Below, one piece after another: positions 10,439 to 20,149 of a stretch of DNA of 64,000 nucleotides; position 1 is the stretch's first letter; the number at the start of each line of letters is the position of its first letter. The notes under the pieces were generated by a model. That model ran no database searches and had not been told where the DNA came from. It saw nothing but the letters and a program-made list of their open reading frames with translations. The DNA is from Candidatus Daviesbacteria bacterium (GTDB lineage Bacteria > Patescibacteriota > Microgenomatia > Daviesbacterales > UBA10151): NCBI GenBank assembly GCA_016184225.1, contig JACPDA010000004.1:474763-538762 (forward strand), given 5' to 3'. Both the position numbers and the translations under genes were made by a program.

Positions 10439-10464
10439 CTCGCAGACTCGCTCCTCGCAATGAC
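10411..10464. repeat. REP-like palindromic elements (ACCCTTCAACAAGCTCAGGGT; CTCGCTCCTCGCAATGAC)
   Basis: Hairpin ACCCT..AGGGT; similar to copies at 18637 and 54861; supplies the last codons (PFNKLRVN) of the upstream gene. Confidence 0.55.
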
Positions 10465-10490
10465 AGGTAGAATTTAGCTATAATGACAAT

Positions 10491-11759
10491 ATGCTAAAGT
10501 CGATTCTCAGAACCGCCACATTTAAGCAATCCCAAATTACTATCACCGGGACTTTAATTAATGGCACCTTGGGCGCCTTCTTTTATATAATTCTAGCTAG
10601 GTTTTTGGGGCCTTCTGATTTTGGGATCTTGACAGTTTCTCTTACTACTCTTGTCTTGATAGCCGATGTTGCTGACATAGGAACAAATACAGGGCTCATT
10701 AGATTTGTTTCTTCCCACTTAAGCTTTGATAAAGATAAAGCCTATCGTTTTTTAAAGTTAAGCCTGGAGATTAAGCTGATTGCGTGGGCAGTGGCTTTTG
10801 TAGTGGTGTATCTGTTGGCCCCCTTCTTGGCAACTCAGGTTTTCCAAAAGCCTGATTTGATTTTGCCGCTTCGGCTGGTGTCATTCGGAATAGGAACAGC
10901 ACTTCTTTTTTCATTTGCAACTTCTGCCCTGCAGGCTTTTCAGAGATATTTTCTTTGGAGCACGGTTAATATTTTAACTAACTCCTTAAGGCTTATTTTA
11001 ATATTAGTTCTAGGTTACTACAGCCTGCTTAATATAGGAAGCAGTCTTCTTGTCTACATATTGCTGCCTTTTTTTGGTTTTTTTGTGACGCTTTTTATTC
11101 TTCCTACCAGGAAGTTTATTTTAAGTAAGGAGGAGTTTTCCTTGTCAGGCGAACTGTTTAAATATAATATTCCGGTGGCAATTTTTACCATAGTTGCTGC
11201 TTTTTCTGCCCGGTTAGATACTTACCTCAATGCAATCCTACTTTCTTCCCGGGAAGTGGGAATATACGGGGCAGCAAATCAGTTAATCCAGATTATGCCG
11301 CAACTTGTTTCGGCATTAGGTTTGGTATCAGCGCCGAAATTTGCCTCTTTTCAAAAAATTGACCAGATGCTTATATATTTTAAGAAATTCCAGCTTTTTG
11401 TTCTGGGACTTTGTATTTTGGGATTATTGGCAATTCCCCTGGCCATATATTTTATTCCGCTGCTTCTTGGATCGGCGTATACTGAAGCAATAATTCCTTT
11501 TGTGATTTTATTCTTGGGGTACCTTATTTTTCTTTTCTCTATTCCCGTGCACCACAGCATAATTTTTTATTTTGGCCGACCAGATGTTTTTATTTGGGTT
11601 TCGCTGGGTCATCTCTTGATAATCGGAGGCTTAGGTTATGTAATGATTTCAAATTTTGGAATAATTGGAGCTGCAGTAACAGTACTTTTTGGTATGTTGT
11701 TTAATTTCCTCTTTCCCTTAGGGTGGCTGCTTAATCGATTAAAAAGGAGTAGGGTATGA
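10491..11759 (+). CDS. Oligosaccharide flippase (Wzx/MOP family)
   Basis: About 12 TM; ILARFLGPSDFG, DIGTNTGLIRF, VGIYGAA and FGIIGAA motifs. Confidence 0.85.
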   Translation: MLKSILRTATFKQSQITITGTLINGTLGAFFYIILARFLGPSDFGILTVSLTTLVLIADVADIGTNTGLIRFVSSHLSFDKDKAYRFLKLSLEIKLIAWAVAFVVVYLLAPFLATQVFQKPDLILPLRLVSFGIGTALLFSFATSALQAFQRYFLWSTVNILTNSLRLILILVLGYYSLLNIGSSLLVYILLPFFGFFVTLFILPTRKFILSKEEFSLSGELFKYNIPVAIFTIVAAFSARLDTYLNAILLSSREVGIYGAANQLIQIMPQLVSALGLVSAPKFASFQKIDQMLIYFKKFQLFVLGLCILGLLAIPLAIYFIPLLLGSAYTEAIIPFVILFLGYLIFLFSIPVHHSIIFYFGRPDVFIWVSLGHLLIIGGLGYVMISNFGIIGAAVTVLFGMLFNFLFPLGWLLNRLKRSRV

Positions 11760-12526
11760 AGATTTGGGCAAATTGCATTGTGCATAATGAAGAAAACTTT
11801 ATCTGGTTTGCCATTATGAGTGTGGTGGACTATGTGGATAAAATATTAGTTTGGGATACTGGTTCTACGGATAAAACTGTAGAGATAATTGAGGAGATAA
11901 GAAAAATAAAGGGGGACAAGATAGAATTCCGGAAGGTAGGTGTTGTAGACAGGCACGAATTTACTAAAATGCGCCAAATGATGCTTGATGAATCTAAGTG
12001 TGATTGGATTTTAATTTTAGATGGGGATGAGATTTGGTGGGAGGACTCAATAAAGCAAGTAGTAGAAGCAATAAATAAGGATAAAAATATAGATGCCATA
12101 GTTGTTCCTTTTTTTACTATGGTGGGAGATGTTTATCATTACCAATCTGAAGATGCCGGAAAATATGAGCTCGCCGGGAGGAAAGGCCATCTGACTATCA
12201 GGGCGATTAACCGCCGAATTCCGAGTTTGCATTTAGCTGGTCCTTACGGAAAAGAAGGTTTTATGGATAAAGAAGAAAGACTGATTCAGGATATGAGTCT
12301 TGAGAAGTTAATGTTTTTGGATGCGCCCTTTTTGCATCTGACACACCTTAAAAGAAGCTCAAAAGACGGACACAATAAATCCAAATACGATTTAGGGATA
12401 AAATTTAATAAACATTTTCCTGAAGTGTTTTATCTTAAAAGACCCGCTGGAATTCCTTCACCATGGCAAGAAAGATCTAAACTGTATGAAATTTTAAGCT
12501 TAGGCAAACGGATATTAAAATCATGA
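11756..12526 (+). CDS. Glycosyltransferase family 2
   Basis: VHNEE, DTGSTDKT, WILILDGDE. Confidence 0.85.
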   Translation: MKIWANCIVHNEENFIWFAIMSVVDYVDKILVWDTGSTDKTVEIIEEIRKIKGDKIEFRKVGVVDRHEFTKMRQMMLDESKCDWILILDGDEIWWEDSIKQVVEAINKDKNIDAIVVPFFTMVGDVYHYQSEDAGKYELAGRKGHLTIRAINRRIPSLHLAGPYGKEGFMDKEERLIQDMSLEKLMFLDAPFLHLTHLKRSSKDGHNKSKYDLGIKFNKHFPEVFYLKRPAGIPSPWQERSKLYEILSLGKRILKS

Positions 12527-13179
12527 GTACATTAAAAAAATTCTACGAAAAATTCTGGTCTGAAGACCGTGGCGAATTCGGGAGTTATATCAGGAATTCA
12601 GAGCTGCCTGATTTTTTTAATAAGGGAGAATTTATTTTGGATGTCGGATGCGGAGATGGGGTAGTTGGGGCATTCCTACAGCAGCGAGCCGGGGTAAAAG
12701 TAGCGGGGATAGATATTTCTGAGGAGGCTGTAAGGAAAGCAAAAAATAAAGGTATTGATGCCAGGGTATGCAACAGTGAACAAAAATTTCCTTTCCCGGA
12801 TAACTTATTCGATAAAGTCTTTTGGGGTGATAACATTGAGCACTTGTTTGATCCTGCCAGGACAATAAAGGAAATTAGGAGAGTTTTAAAAAAGGAAGGA
12901 AGATTAATACTATCCTGCCCGAATATGGGATACTGGCGATACAGAATCCATTATTTTTTAAGCGGTAGTTTGCCTGATACGGAATGGACAGGTCTTGCTC
13001 CTTGGGAATGGTCGCATATACGTTTTTTTAATCTGGGAATCTTAAGAGAATTTCTCAAAAGGAACGGATTTAGTAAAATAACAAGGACTAGCGGGGTGTC
13101 TGAACGCCGACTGGATAAACCTTTTCTGGAGTTTAACCCTGCGCTTTTCGGAATGATACTAATATTGGAGGCAGCATGA
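12523..13179 (+). CDS. Class I SAM-dependent methyltransferase
   Basis: ILDVGCGDG, IEHLFDP, EIRRVLKKEG. Confidence 0.85.
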   Translation: MSTLKKFYEKFWSEDRGEFGSYIRNSELPDFFNKGEFILDVGCGDGVVGAFLQQRAGVKVAGIDISEEAVRKAKNKGIDARVCNSEQKFPFPDNLFDKVFWGDNIEHLFDPARTIKEIRRVLKKEGRLILSCPNMGYWRYRIHYFLSGSLPDTEWTGLAPWEWSHIRFFNLGILREFLKRNGFSKITRTSGVSERRLDKPFLEFNPALFGMILILEAA

Positions 13180-13856
13180 AAAATGCGATTGTTACTTTAG
13201 AAAGCATGAGTCAGGCGGTTTGGTATAACCAGTGGATTCTTAGTAAGTTTGTCAGTTACCTTGGGGGGAATATTTTGGAAGTTGGATGCGGTATTGGAAA
13301 TTTTACACAGAATCTTTCTCTGTATGGGAAAGTTTGGGCGATAGACATTAATAAAGAATATATAAATGATATTAAAAAAGAACAGGGGGATAGAGTTCAG
13401 GTTGGTTTGGGTGATATTGAAAAAGGAAAATATTTTTTTGAAAATAAGATGTTTGACAATATTGTCTGTCTTAATGTTTTGGAACACATAAAAGACGATA
13501 ATGCTGCCTTAATAAATCTGTTTAATCTTTTGAAGCCAGGAGGTAAATTGATTTTGCTTGTACCTTCCCACAAATTTTTATACGGAAGCATTGATAAAGC
13601 TATAGATCATTTCAGGAGATATTCAAAAGGGAAAATTACGGCTCTCCTTAAGGAGATAGGTTTTAAAATAATTGAGTCAAGAAGATTTAATTTTCTGGGA
13701 GGGCTTGGGTGGTTTATTGCAGGACGGATTCTTAAAGCAAATGCTGTCGGCGGAGGAAATATTTCTGTCTTTAACAGGATAGCACCCTTTATTCTGCCTT
13801 TGGAATTTTTTGAGCCTCCTTTAGGAACATCTATTTTAGTCATTGCTGAAAGATAA
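13176..13856 (+). CDS. Class I SAM-dependent methyltransferase
   Basis: ILEVGCGIG, NVLEHIKDD, LKPGG, HFRRY. Confidence 0.85.
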   Translation: MKNAIVTLESMSQAVWYNQWILSKFVSYLGGNILEVGCGIGNFTQNLSLYGKVWAIDINKEYINDIKKEQGDRVQVGLGDIEKGKYFFENKMFDNIVCLNVLEHIKDDNAALINLFNLLKPGGKLILLVPSHKFLYGSIDKAIDHFRRYSKGKITALLKEIGFKIIESRRFNFLGGLGWFIAGRILKANAVGGGNISVFNRIAPFILPLEFFEPPLGTSILVIAER

Positions 13857-13866
13857 ATTTAATCAG

Positions 13867-14568
13867 ATGAAACTTTCCATAATCATTCCGGTATATAACG
13901 AAGAAAAAACAGTGGCCGAAGTTTTAAGGAGGATTGGCGAAGTGGAATTGCAGAATTCTTTACAGAAAGAAATTATAATTGTCAGTGATGGATCAACAGA
14001 TCATACTAATAAAATCTTAAGTAGGTATAAGGGTATTAAATTTTATAAACATTCAAAAAATTTAGGTAAAGGTGCTGCGCTCCAAACGGGTTTTCGAAAT
14101 TCGACAGGGGATTTTCTTGTTATCCAGGATGCAGACTTGGAATATCATCCCAGGGATTATGCCAGGCTGCTTAAGCCTCTTATTAGAAATGAGGCGGATG
14201 TAGTTTACGGCTCCAGGTTAATGAATTATCCCTTGAGGTTATGGGGAAGAAGGAAAACGGTTTTACCCCTGCATTTGCTGGCCAACAAGTTTCTGACACT
14301 GTTTACAAACCTGTTTTACCATAGCAACTTGACTGATATGGAAACAGGCTATAAGGTTTTCAGGAAAAGTGTGATTGATCAATTAAAGATTAAATCTAAC
14401 AAGTTTGATTTTGAGGCGGAGGTTACGGCAAAAATTCTAAAAAGAAAAATTCCAATAGTAGAAGTACCGATTATTGTGAGACCGCGGACTTATAAAGAAG
14501 GAAAAAAGATTGGGTGGAAAGATGGCTTTTCAGCCATATGGACATTAATTAAATACAGATTTATTTAA
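13867..14568 (+). CDS. GT2, polyprenol-phosphate glycosyltransferase (DPM1-like)
   Basis: SIIIPVYNEE, DGSTD, NLGKGAA, QDADLEY, TDMETGYK; start set at MKLSII. Confidence 0.85.
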   Translation: MKLSIIIPVYNEEKTVAEVLRRIGEVELQNSLQKEIIIVSDGSTDHTNKILSRYKGIKFYKHSKNLGKGAALQTGFRNSTGDFLVIQDADLEYHPRDYARLLKPLIRNEADVVYGSRLMNYPLRLWGRRKTVLPLHLLANKFLTLFTNLFYHSNLTDMETGYKVFRKSVIDQLKIKSNKFDFEAEVTAKILKRKIPIVEVPIIVRPRTYKEGKKIGWKDGFSAIWTLIKYRFI

Positions 14569-14569
14569 A

Positions 14570-15517
14570 ATGAAAATTGCCTTTTTAAGCCGTTATCAGG
14601 ATCAGGTTGAAAGAGGTGCGGAGAATTTTGTTTCAGAATTATCTAAAAGACTTTCAAAAAAACACAGTATAAACGTATTTTCGGGTAAGGATGCGGATAA
14701 TATATCGAAAGTTATAAAGGGAGAATATGAGATAGTTATTTCGATTAATGGCAGGATCCAAAGCTTAAAAGCTTCTTTGGGAAGGATATCCGGAAAATAT
14801 AAACTATTAATTACCGGACATAGTGGTATTGGCAGGGATGACATTTGGAATATAGCGGTTTGCAGGCCTGATGTATTTGTAGCTCTAACCGGGTATATGG
14901 CAAAATGGGCAAATAGTTGGGCCTGGGGAACTAAAGTGGTAAAGATTCCCAATGGAATAGACCTTGAGAAATTTAAGCCGGAAGGAGAAAGAATAGATTT
15001 AGGATTACAAAAGCCGGTTGTTTTGTCGGTGGGCGCGCTAACTTGGTATAAGCATCATGAAAGGGTAATTAGGGCGGTAAGGGAGATAGGGGAAGGATCT
15101 GTTTTAATTGTAGGGGAAGGGCCGGAAAAAAATAGGTTAGCAGAATTAGGTAATAAGTTGTTGGGGGAGCGGTTTAAAATTGCAAGGTTTAAGTTTGAAG
15201 ATATGCCAAAAATCTATAGATCCTGCGATTTATTTTCTTTACCATCGTGGGACCGGGAAGCTTTCGGATTAGTCTACCTGGAAGCTATGGCTTCAGGTGT
15301 TGGAGTTGTTGCTCCTGATGATGATTCCAGAAGGGAGATAGTGGAAGATGGGGGACTATTTACCGAAGTCGGCGATCCGGCAGTTTATGGGAAAACCATT
15401 AAGGAAGCTTTAAGAGTTAACTGGTCAAAAAAAGCCCGCTCTCAAGCGGAAAAGTTCTCATGGAATAAAGTAGCGGTGGAGTATGAAAGAACAATGTTTG
15501 ATATGATCAAAGTATGA
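14570..15517 (+). CDS. Glycosyltransferase family 4
   Basis: IPNGID; EAFGLVYLEAMASG (EX7E). Confidence 0.85.
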   Translation: MKIAFLSRYQDQVERGAENFVSELSKRLSKKHSINVFSGKDADNISKVIKGEYEIVISINGRIQSLKASLGRISGKYKLLITGHSGIGRDDIWNIAVCRPDVFVALTGYMAKWANSWAWGTKVVKIPNGIDLEKFKPEGERIDLGLQKPVVLSVGALTWYKHHERVIRAVREIGEGSVLIVGEGPEKNRLAELGNKLLGERFKIARFKFEDMPKIYRSCDLFSLPSWDREAFGLVYLEAMASGVGVVAPDDDSRREIVEDGGLFTEVGDPAVYGKTIKEALRVNWSKKARSQAEKFSWNKVAVEYERTMFDMIKV

Positions 15518-16272
15518 TTACAGCAGTATTAGTAAATTTTAATGAGTCGGAAAAACTAAGACAGTGCTTTAAGAATTTAGCAGATTTTGCAGATGAAATA
15601 GTAGTAGTAGATTTAGGTTCATCGGATCAAAGTATATCAGTTTGTAAAGAATATGGTGTTAAAGTCTTTGAACATGAATTTGTTACTTTTGTAGAAAAAG
15701 TTCGTAATTTTGCCGTTTCAAAAGCAGCAGGGGAATGGATTTTAGTGTTAGATCCTGACGAGATGGTAAGTGAAAAGCTTAAAGAAAAACTCAAGCAGGT
15801 AATTTCGGAAGGTCAATACCAGGCAGTTAATATCCCCAGGAAAAATATTTTCTTTGGTCAGTGGATTGCCCACACTAATTGGTGGCCGGACAGACATGTC
15901 CGTTTTTTCAAGAAAGGTCAAGTTAGCTGGGGTAATAAAATTCACAGCTATCCGAGAGTTTCCGGTAAGGTTTTAGACTTAGAAGCCAAGGAGAATTTGG
16001 CAATTATCCATTTAGGATATGAGACGGTTTCAGGTTTCCTGGAGAGGCAAAACAGGTATTCTACGATCGAGGCGGAGAATCTTTTTTCCCAAGGAGTCAG
16101 ATTCTCCTGGGTATCTTTTCTTTGGAAACCAAAGAGAGAATTTTTAGTCAGATTCATAAGGCATGCGGGATTTCTGGATGGGTTTCATGGTCTGGCTCTA
16201 ACTATCCTGATGATGGTTTATCAGCTACAGGCAATGGTTAAACTTTGGGAATTGGAAGGAAAAGAGAAATGA
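15514..16272 (+). CDS. Glycosyltransferase family 2 (WaaE-like)
   Basis: DEIVVVDLGSSD, RNFA, WILVLDPDE, GFLDGxxG. Confidence 0.85.
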   Translation: MITAVLVNFNESEKLRQCFKNLADFADEIVVVDLGSSDQSISVCKEYGVKVFEHEFVTFVEKVRNFAVSKAAGEWILVLDPDEMVSEKLKEKLKQVISEGQYQAVNIPRKNIFFGQWIAHTNWWPDRHVRFFKKGQVSWGNKIHSYPRVSGKVLDLEAKENLAIIHLGYETVSGFLERQNRYSTIEAENLFSQGVRFSWVSFLWKPKREFLVRFIRHAGFLDGFHGLALTILMMVYQLQAMVKLWELEGKEK

Positions 16273-17696
16273 TCTGGGCCGTTTTAGGGTTGGGATTGGT
16301 ACTCAGGTTAATCAGTCTAAACCAGAGTTTATGGTTGGATGAGGCCATTAATGTTATGGCTGCCAGGAGTTTTTCTTTATGGGGAATGGTAACTCAGTAT
16401 GCAGTTGCCGATTTTCACCCTCCGGGCTGGTTTATTATTCTGTGGGTTTGGGGTAAGACTTTTGGTTACTCTGAAATAGCAGTCAGGATACCATCCGTAA
16501 TTATCGGAGTTTTAACTATTTATATTACATACCTGCTGGGAAAAAAGTTAATATCAAAAAATGTTGGACTGATTGCAGCGTTACTTTTGGCCATTAATCC
16601 CCTTCATATTTATTATAGCCAGGAAGCCAGGATGTATGCCCTGGCTGCCTTGGCAGTTTCTTTGAATATGCTTCTTTTTATAGACTTTGTAAGGGGTGGT
16701 AAGGGAGGTAAGGGTAGTATGGTAATTTATGTGTTAAGTAATATCTTCATCCTGCTTTCTGATTATGTGGCCTATTTGATATTTCCCGTTCAATTTGTAT
16801 TTTTGTTATTCCTTAGAAAGGAGGCTTTAAGGGGTTGGTCTATCAGGTTGGTAGCAGCCTGTTTAGCCTTTATTTGGTGGTTGCCGGTATTTTTGAAACA
16901 GCTTGATGTGGGTTCCACAGCTTCTGCTAATTTACCGACCTGGAAGTTTGTGGTAGGAGGATTTGATTTTAAGACAATTCCGCTGACTTTTGTAAAATTT
17001 ATTATCGGCAGGATAAGTTTGGTAAATAAAATAATGTATGCAGCCTTACTTTTGCCGATTGTTACTTTATTTACCTTTCTTTTGTGGCATGGGATAAAGA
17101 ATTTAACTGATACATCAAGAAAATTGCTGTTTTTCTGGCTTATTATTCCGTCTGTCATAGCAACCATGATTTCTTTCTTTATTCCGGTGTACAGCTATTT
17201 CAGGGTGCTTTTTATTATTCCTGTTTTTGTGCTGTTAGTTTCAAATGGTATTTCAGAATTTAGATGGAGATTAAGATATGTTTTTTTGGTTGTGATTATT
17301 TTCATACAACTTTTTTGCGCTTTTGTGTATTTGTTGAACACTAATTACCAAAGAGATAACTGGAGAGGATTGGTAAGCTATTTTAAGAATATCCAGCCGG
17401 AAGTTATCCTATTTGAAAGCTCCGGGACTTTGCCTCCTTTTGATTACTATGCCGGCGGGAGCTTGAATGTCAGGGGGGCTTTGAATGATTTTCCGGCCAG
17501 AGATGATACAGCAATTGCAGGTTTGAGCGAATTGTTAAAAGATAAGAGAGAAATATACCTGGTTGATTATTTAGTACAAATCAGCGACCCGGACAGGTTA
17601 GTAGCTAAGAAATTGACAGAATTAGGTTATACGGAGAAAGAAATTAAAGATTTCCATGGGGTTGGATTTGTTTATCATTATGTTAAAAACGATTAA
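16269..17696 (+). CDS. GT-C glycosyltransferase (PMT/GT39-like)
   Basis: QSLWLDE, DFHPP, RIPS, YYSQEARMYAL; multi-TM; ATGA overlap. Confidence 0.8.
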   Translation: MIWAVLGLGLVLRLISLNQSLWLDEAINVMAARSFSLWGMVTQYAVADFHPPGWFIILWVWGKTFGYSEIAVRIPSVIIGVLTIYITYLLGKKLISKNVGLIAALLLAINPLHIYYSQEARMYALAALAVSLNMLLFIDFVRGGKGGKGSMVIYVLSNIFILLSDYVAYLIFPVQFVFLLFLRKEALRGWSIRLVAACLAFIWWLPVFLKQLDVGSTASANLPTWKFVVGGFDFKTIPLTFVKFIIGRISLVNKIMYAALLLPIVTLFTFLLWHGIKNLTDTSRKLLFFWLIIPSVIATMISFFIPVYSYFRVLFIIPVFVLLVSNGISEFRWRLRYVFLVVIIFIQLFCAFVYLLNTNYQRDNWRGLVSYFKNIQPEVILFESSGTLPPFDYYAGGSLNVRGALNDFPARDDTAIAGLSELLKDKREIYLVDYLVQISDPDRLVAKKLTELGYTEKEIKDFHGVGFVYHYVKND

Positions 17697-19110
17697 CTTT
17701 AAAAATCACCTTAGCTATATCTTATTAGGGTTAATTTTGCTGGTTCACACTTTAATCTTGACTAGGTTAATTTATTTTCCATATCCGGAACTGTTTATTT
17801 ATCCGTATTTAACAAATAATGGTCTGGCTCCCTATAGGCAGATTCTGGATCAGCACTTTCCGGGTTTAATGTTTTTACCAATAAATTTAAATAATTTAGG
17901 AATGAGTACGCCTGAGATAGCTAGGTTATGGTCTATATCTATTGTCCTTATAACCCATGCGATGCTTTTTCTTATTGCCGGCAAAATATTTAAAAGTAGA
18001 AGTAAAGCGCTACTGATAAATTTTCTATATTTAATTTGGCAGCCCTTTTTTGAAGGGTGGGTATTGTGGATAGATAGCTTCTTGCCTCTGTTGTTACTAC
18101 CTGCTTTTTATGCTTTTTACAGAAGATGGTTTTTCGCTGCGGGTTTACTACTAGGGATAGCTATAGTTTTTAAACAAACTATTATTCCTCTTTCCGCATT
18201 TATCCTGATTTATATTCTGAGCAAGCGCGAAGAAAATAGTCCTACGGTTTATATTTTTTGGAGGATGCGAAACTTTCAAACTTGTTTAAGATTCTTACTG
18301 GGATTATCTATTCCAGTTAGCTTGATGATTGCATACTTTATTAGTATTGGGGTATTTAGGGACTTTTGGTTTTGGACCGTTATTTTTAATTTAACAACAT
18401 TTGCAGAGTTTGGTCGGGGATCCGGTCCTACACTTGCTCATTTTTCCAGGGTACTTTTGGTTTTTGGAACAGCCTTTTTAGTTATTAGGAGAATCAAATC
18501 AGTCGAAGCACAAGTTCTACTTATTTTTCTGGTAGGTACATTAATTGGGCTTTCTACCAGGTTTGATTTTGTTCATTTTCAACCGGCTTTACCATTTGCC
18601 CTTATGGCTACAGTTTTGGGGGTGGGGGAATTGGGTCCTTCGACTTCGCTCAGGGTCTTCGAGAGATTGGGGAGGTTGGGGTTCATCGGTATTTATAGCT
18701 TGGTTTTAGTATGGTGGCTGGTGATTTTTTATAAGGGCCACTTAGGTGATCGGGTAATATCCTTTGATTCACAGACAAAAGATCTGGCTGCCAAAATTAG
18801 GGATTATACAAACCCCGGAGAAAAGATTTTTGTCTTTGGTGCACAGCCACATCTTTACCAGATGTCCGGGACACTCCCGGCCGGAGATATTTTCGTTTTT
18901 CAATTCCCCTGGTTTTTTCAGGTTGCAGAAAGAAGGATCCTGACAGGTATTATCAAAGATAAACCAAAGATTGTAGTTTCGGATAGGACAACAAGAATTG
19001 AGGATCGGAAAATTACAGATTTTGCAAAAAACATTGATATATATATCAATCAGAATTATGAAAAAATTGACAGTGTCGGAACAACGGATATTTTAAGACG
19101 GAAAGGGTAA
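17680..19110 (+). CDS. GT-C glycosyltransferase (ArnT/PMT-like)
   Basis: PYRQILDQHFPG, GIAIVFKQ, HFQPALP; multi-TM. Confidence 0.7.
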   Translation: MLKTINFKNHLSYILLGLILLVHTLILTRLIYFPYPELFIYPYLTNNGLAPYRQILDQHFPGLMFLPINLNNLGMSTPEIARLWSISIVLITHAMLFLIAGKIFKSRSKALLINFLYLIWQPFFEGWVLWIDSFLPLLLLPAFYAFYRRWFFAAGLLLGIAIVFKQTIIPLSAFILIYILSKREENSPTVYIFWRMRNFQTCLRFLLGLSIPVSLMIAYFISIGVFRDFWFWTVIFNLTTFAEFGRGSGPTLAHFSRVLLVFGTAFLVIRRIKSVEAQVLLIFLVGTLIGLSTRFDFVHFQPALPFALMATVLGVGELGPSTSLRVFERLGRLGFIGIYSLVLVWWLVIFYKGHLGDRVISFDSQTKDLAAKIRDYTNPGEKIFVFGAQPHLYQMSGTLPAGDIFVFQFPWFFQVAERRILTGIIKDKPKIVVSDRTTRIEDRKITDFAKNIDIYINQNYEKIDSVGTTDILRRKG

Positions 19111-19120
19111 AATATATTTT

Positions 19121-20149
19121 ATGGACCGTAAAATTATTGTCGGAATGGATATATCACAAATTGCACATAAGGGTGGGGTAGCTACTTATACAAATAACCT
19201 AAGAAAAAAGTTATCGGAAATTCCCGATCTGGAGATGGTATATTTTTATTCATCCCTCCGGAAACCCTTTAAAGGCCGTCTTAAAAATTTAAAGTCTTAC
19301 AGACTGCCGCCGACCCTTTTTGAAATGTTGTTTAATAGGTGGCGGAATGTCTCTATTGAGAGGTTTATTGGTCCGGTTGACATATTCCATTCTTCCGATT
19401 GGATCCAGCCGCCGAGTAAAGCAAAGAAAGTGACAACATACCATGATGTGGTGCCGGAAAAATTTCCCCAGTGGTCGCATTCAAAAATTATTGCTGTTCA
19501 TAAAAGGAGACTTAAATTGGTCGAAAGGGAGATAGACATGGTCATCGCAGTATCAAAGACTACGAAAAAAGACCTTTTAGAGGTTTCTGATATTCCCGAG
19601 GAAAAAATTACAGTCATTTATGAAGGGCCGACTGGAGATTTTAAGCCCCAAACCAAAGAAAAAATCAAAAGGTTTAAGGAGAAGTATAATTTGCCGGAAA
19701 AGTTTGTCCTGGCAATCGGGGGGATAGGGGAGAGAAGGAATTTAAAAAGGATCAAAGAAGCATGTAGTGATTACAACTTAGTTATTGCAGGTCAATCACT
19801 CCCCTGGTTGGGCATAGATGAGCTGGAGCTGCTCTACGGTTCCGCGAATGTGCTGTTGTACGCTTCACTTTATGAGGGATTTGGTCTTCCAATACTGGAT
19901 AGTTTTGCTTGCGGAATTCCGGTGATTACTTCAAATGTTTCTGCCATGCCGGAGGTTGCTGGAAATGCGGCATTGTATGTTGACCCCAGTAGTGTAGAGG
20001 ATATAAAGGAAAAACTTGATTTAGTTATGAATGATAAAAGTTTAAGAAAGGAAATAATAGAAAAAGGGTTTAAGCGGGTTAAGTATTTTTCCTGGGAAAA
20101 GGCAGCAAAGCAAACAGTAGAGGTTTACAGAAAATTAGTCAATGGTTAA
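19121..20149 (+). CDS. Glycosyltransferase family 4
   Basis: TTYHD; SLYEGFGLPILDS. Confidence 0.85.
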   Translation: MDRKIIVGMDISQIAHKGGVATYTNNLRKKLSEIPDLEMVYFYSSLRKPFKGRLKNLKSYRLPPTLFEMLFNRWRNVSIERFIGPVDIFHSSDWIQPPSKAKKVTTYHDVVPEKFPQWSHSKIIAVHKRRLKLVEREIDMVIAVSKTTKKDLLEVSDIPEEKITVIYEGPTGDFKPQTKEKIKRFKEKYNLPEKFVLAIGGIGERRNLKRIKEACSDYNLVIAGQSLPWLGIDELELLYGSANVLLYASLYEGFGLPILDSFACGIPVITSNVSAMPEVAGNAALYVDPSSVEDIKEKLDLVMNDKSLRKEIIEKGFKRVKYFSWEKAAKQTVEVYRKLVNG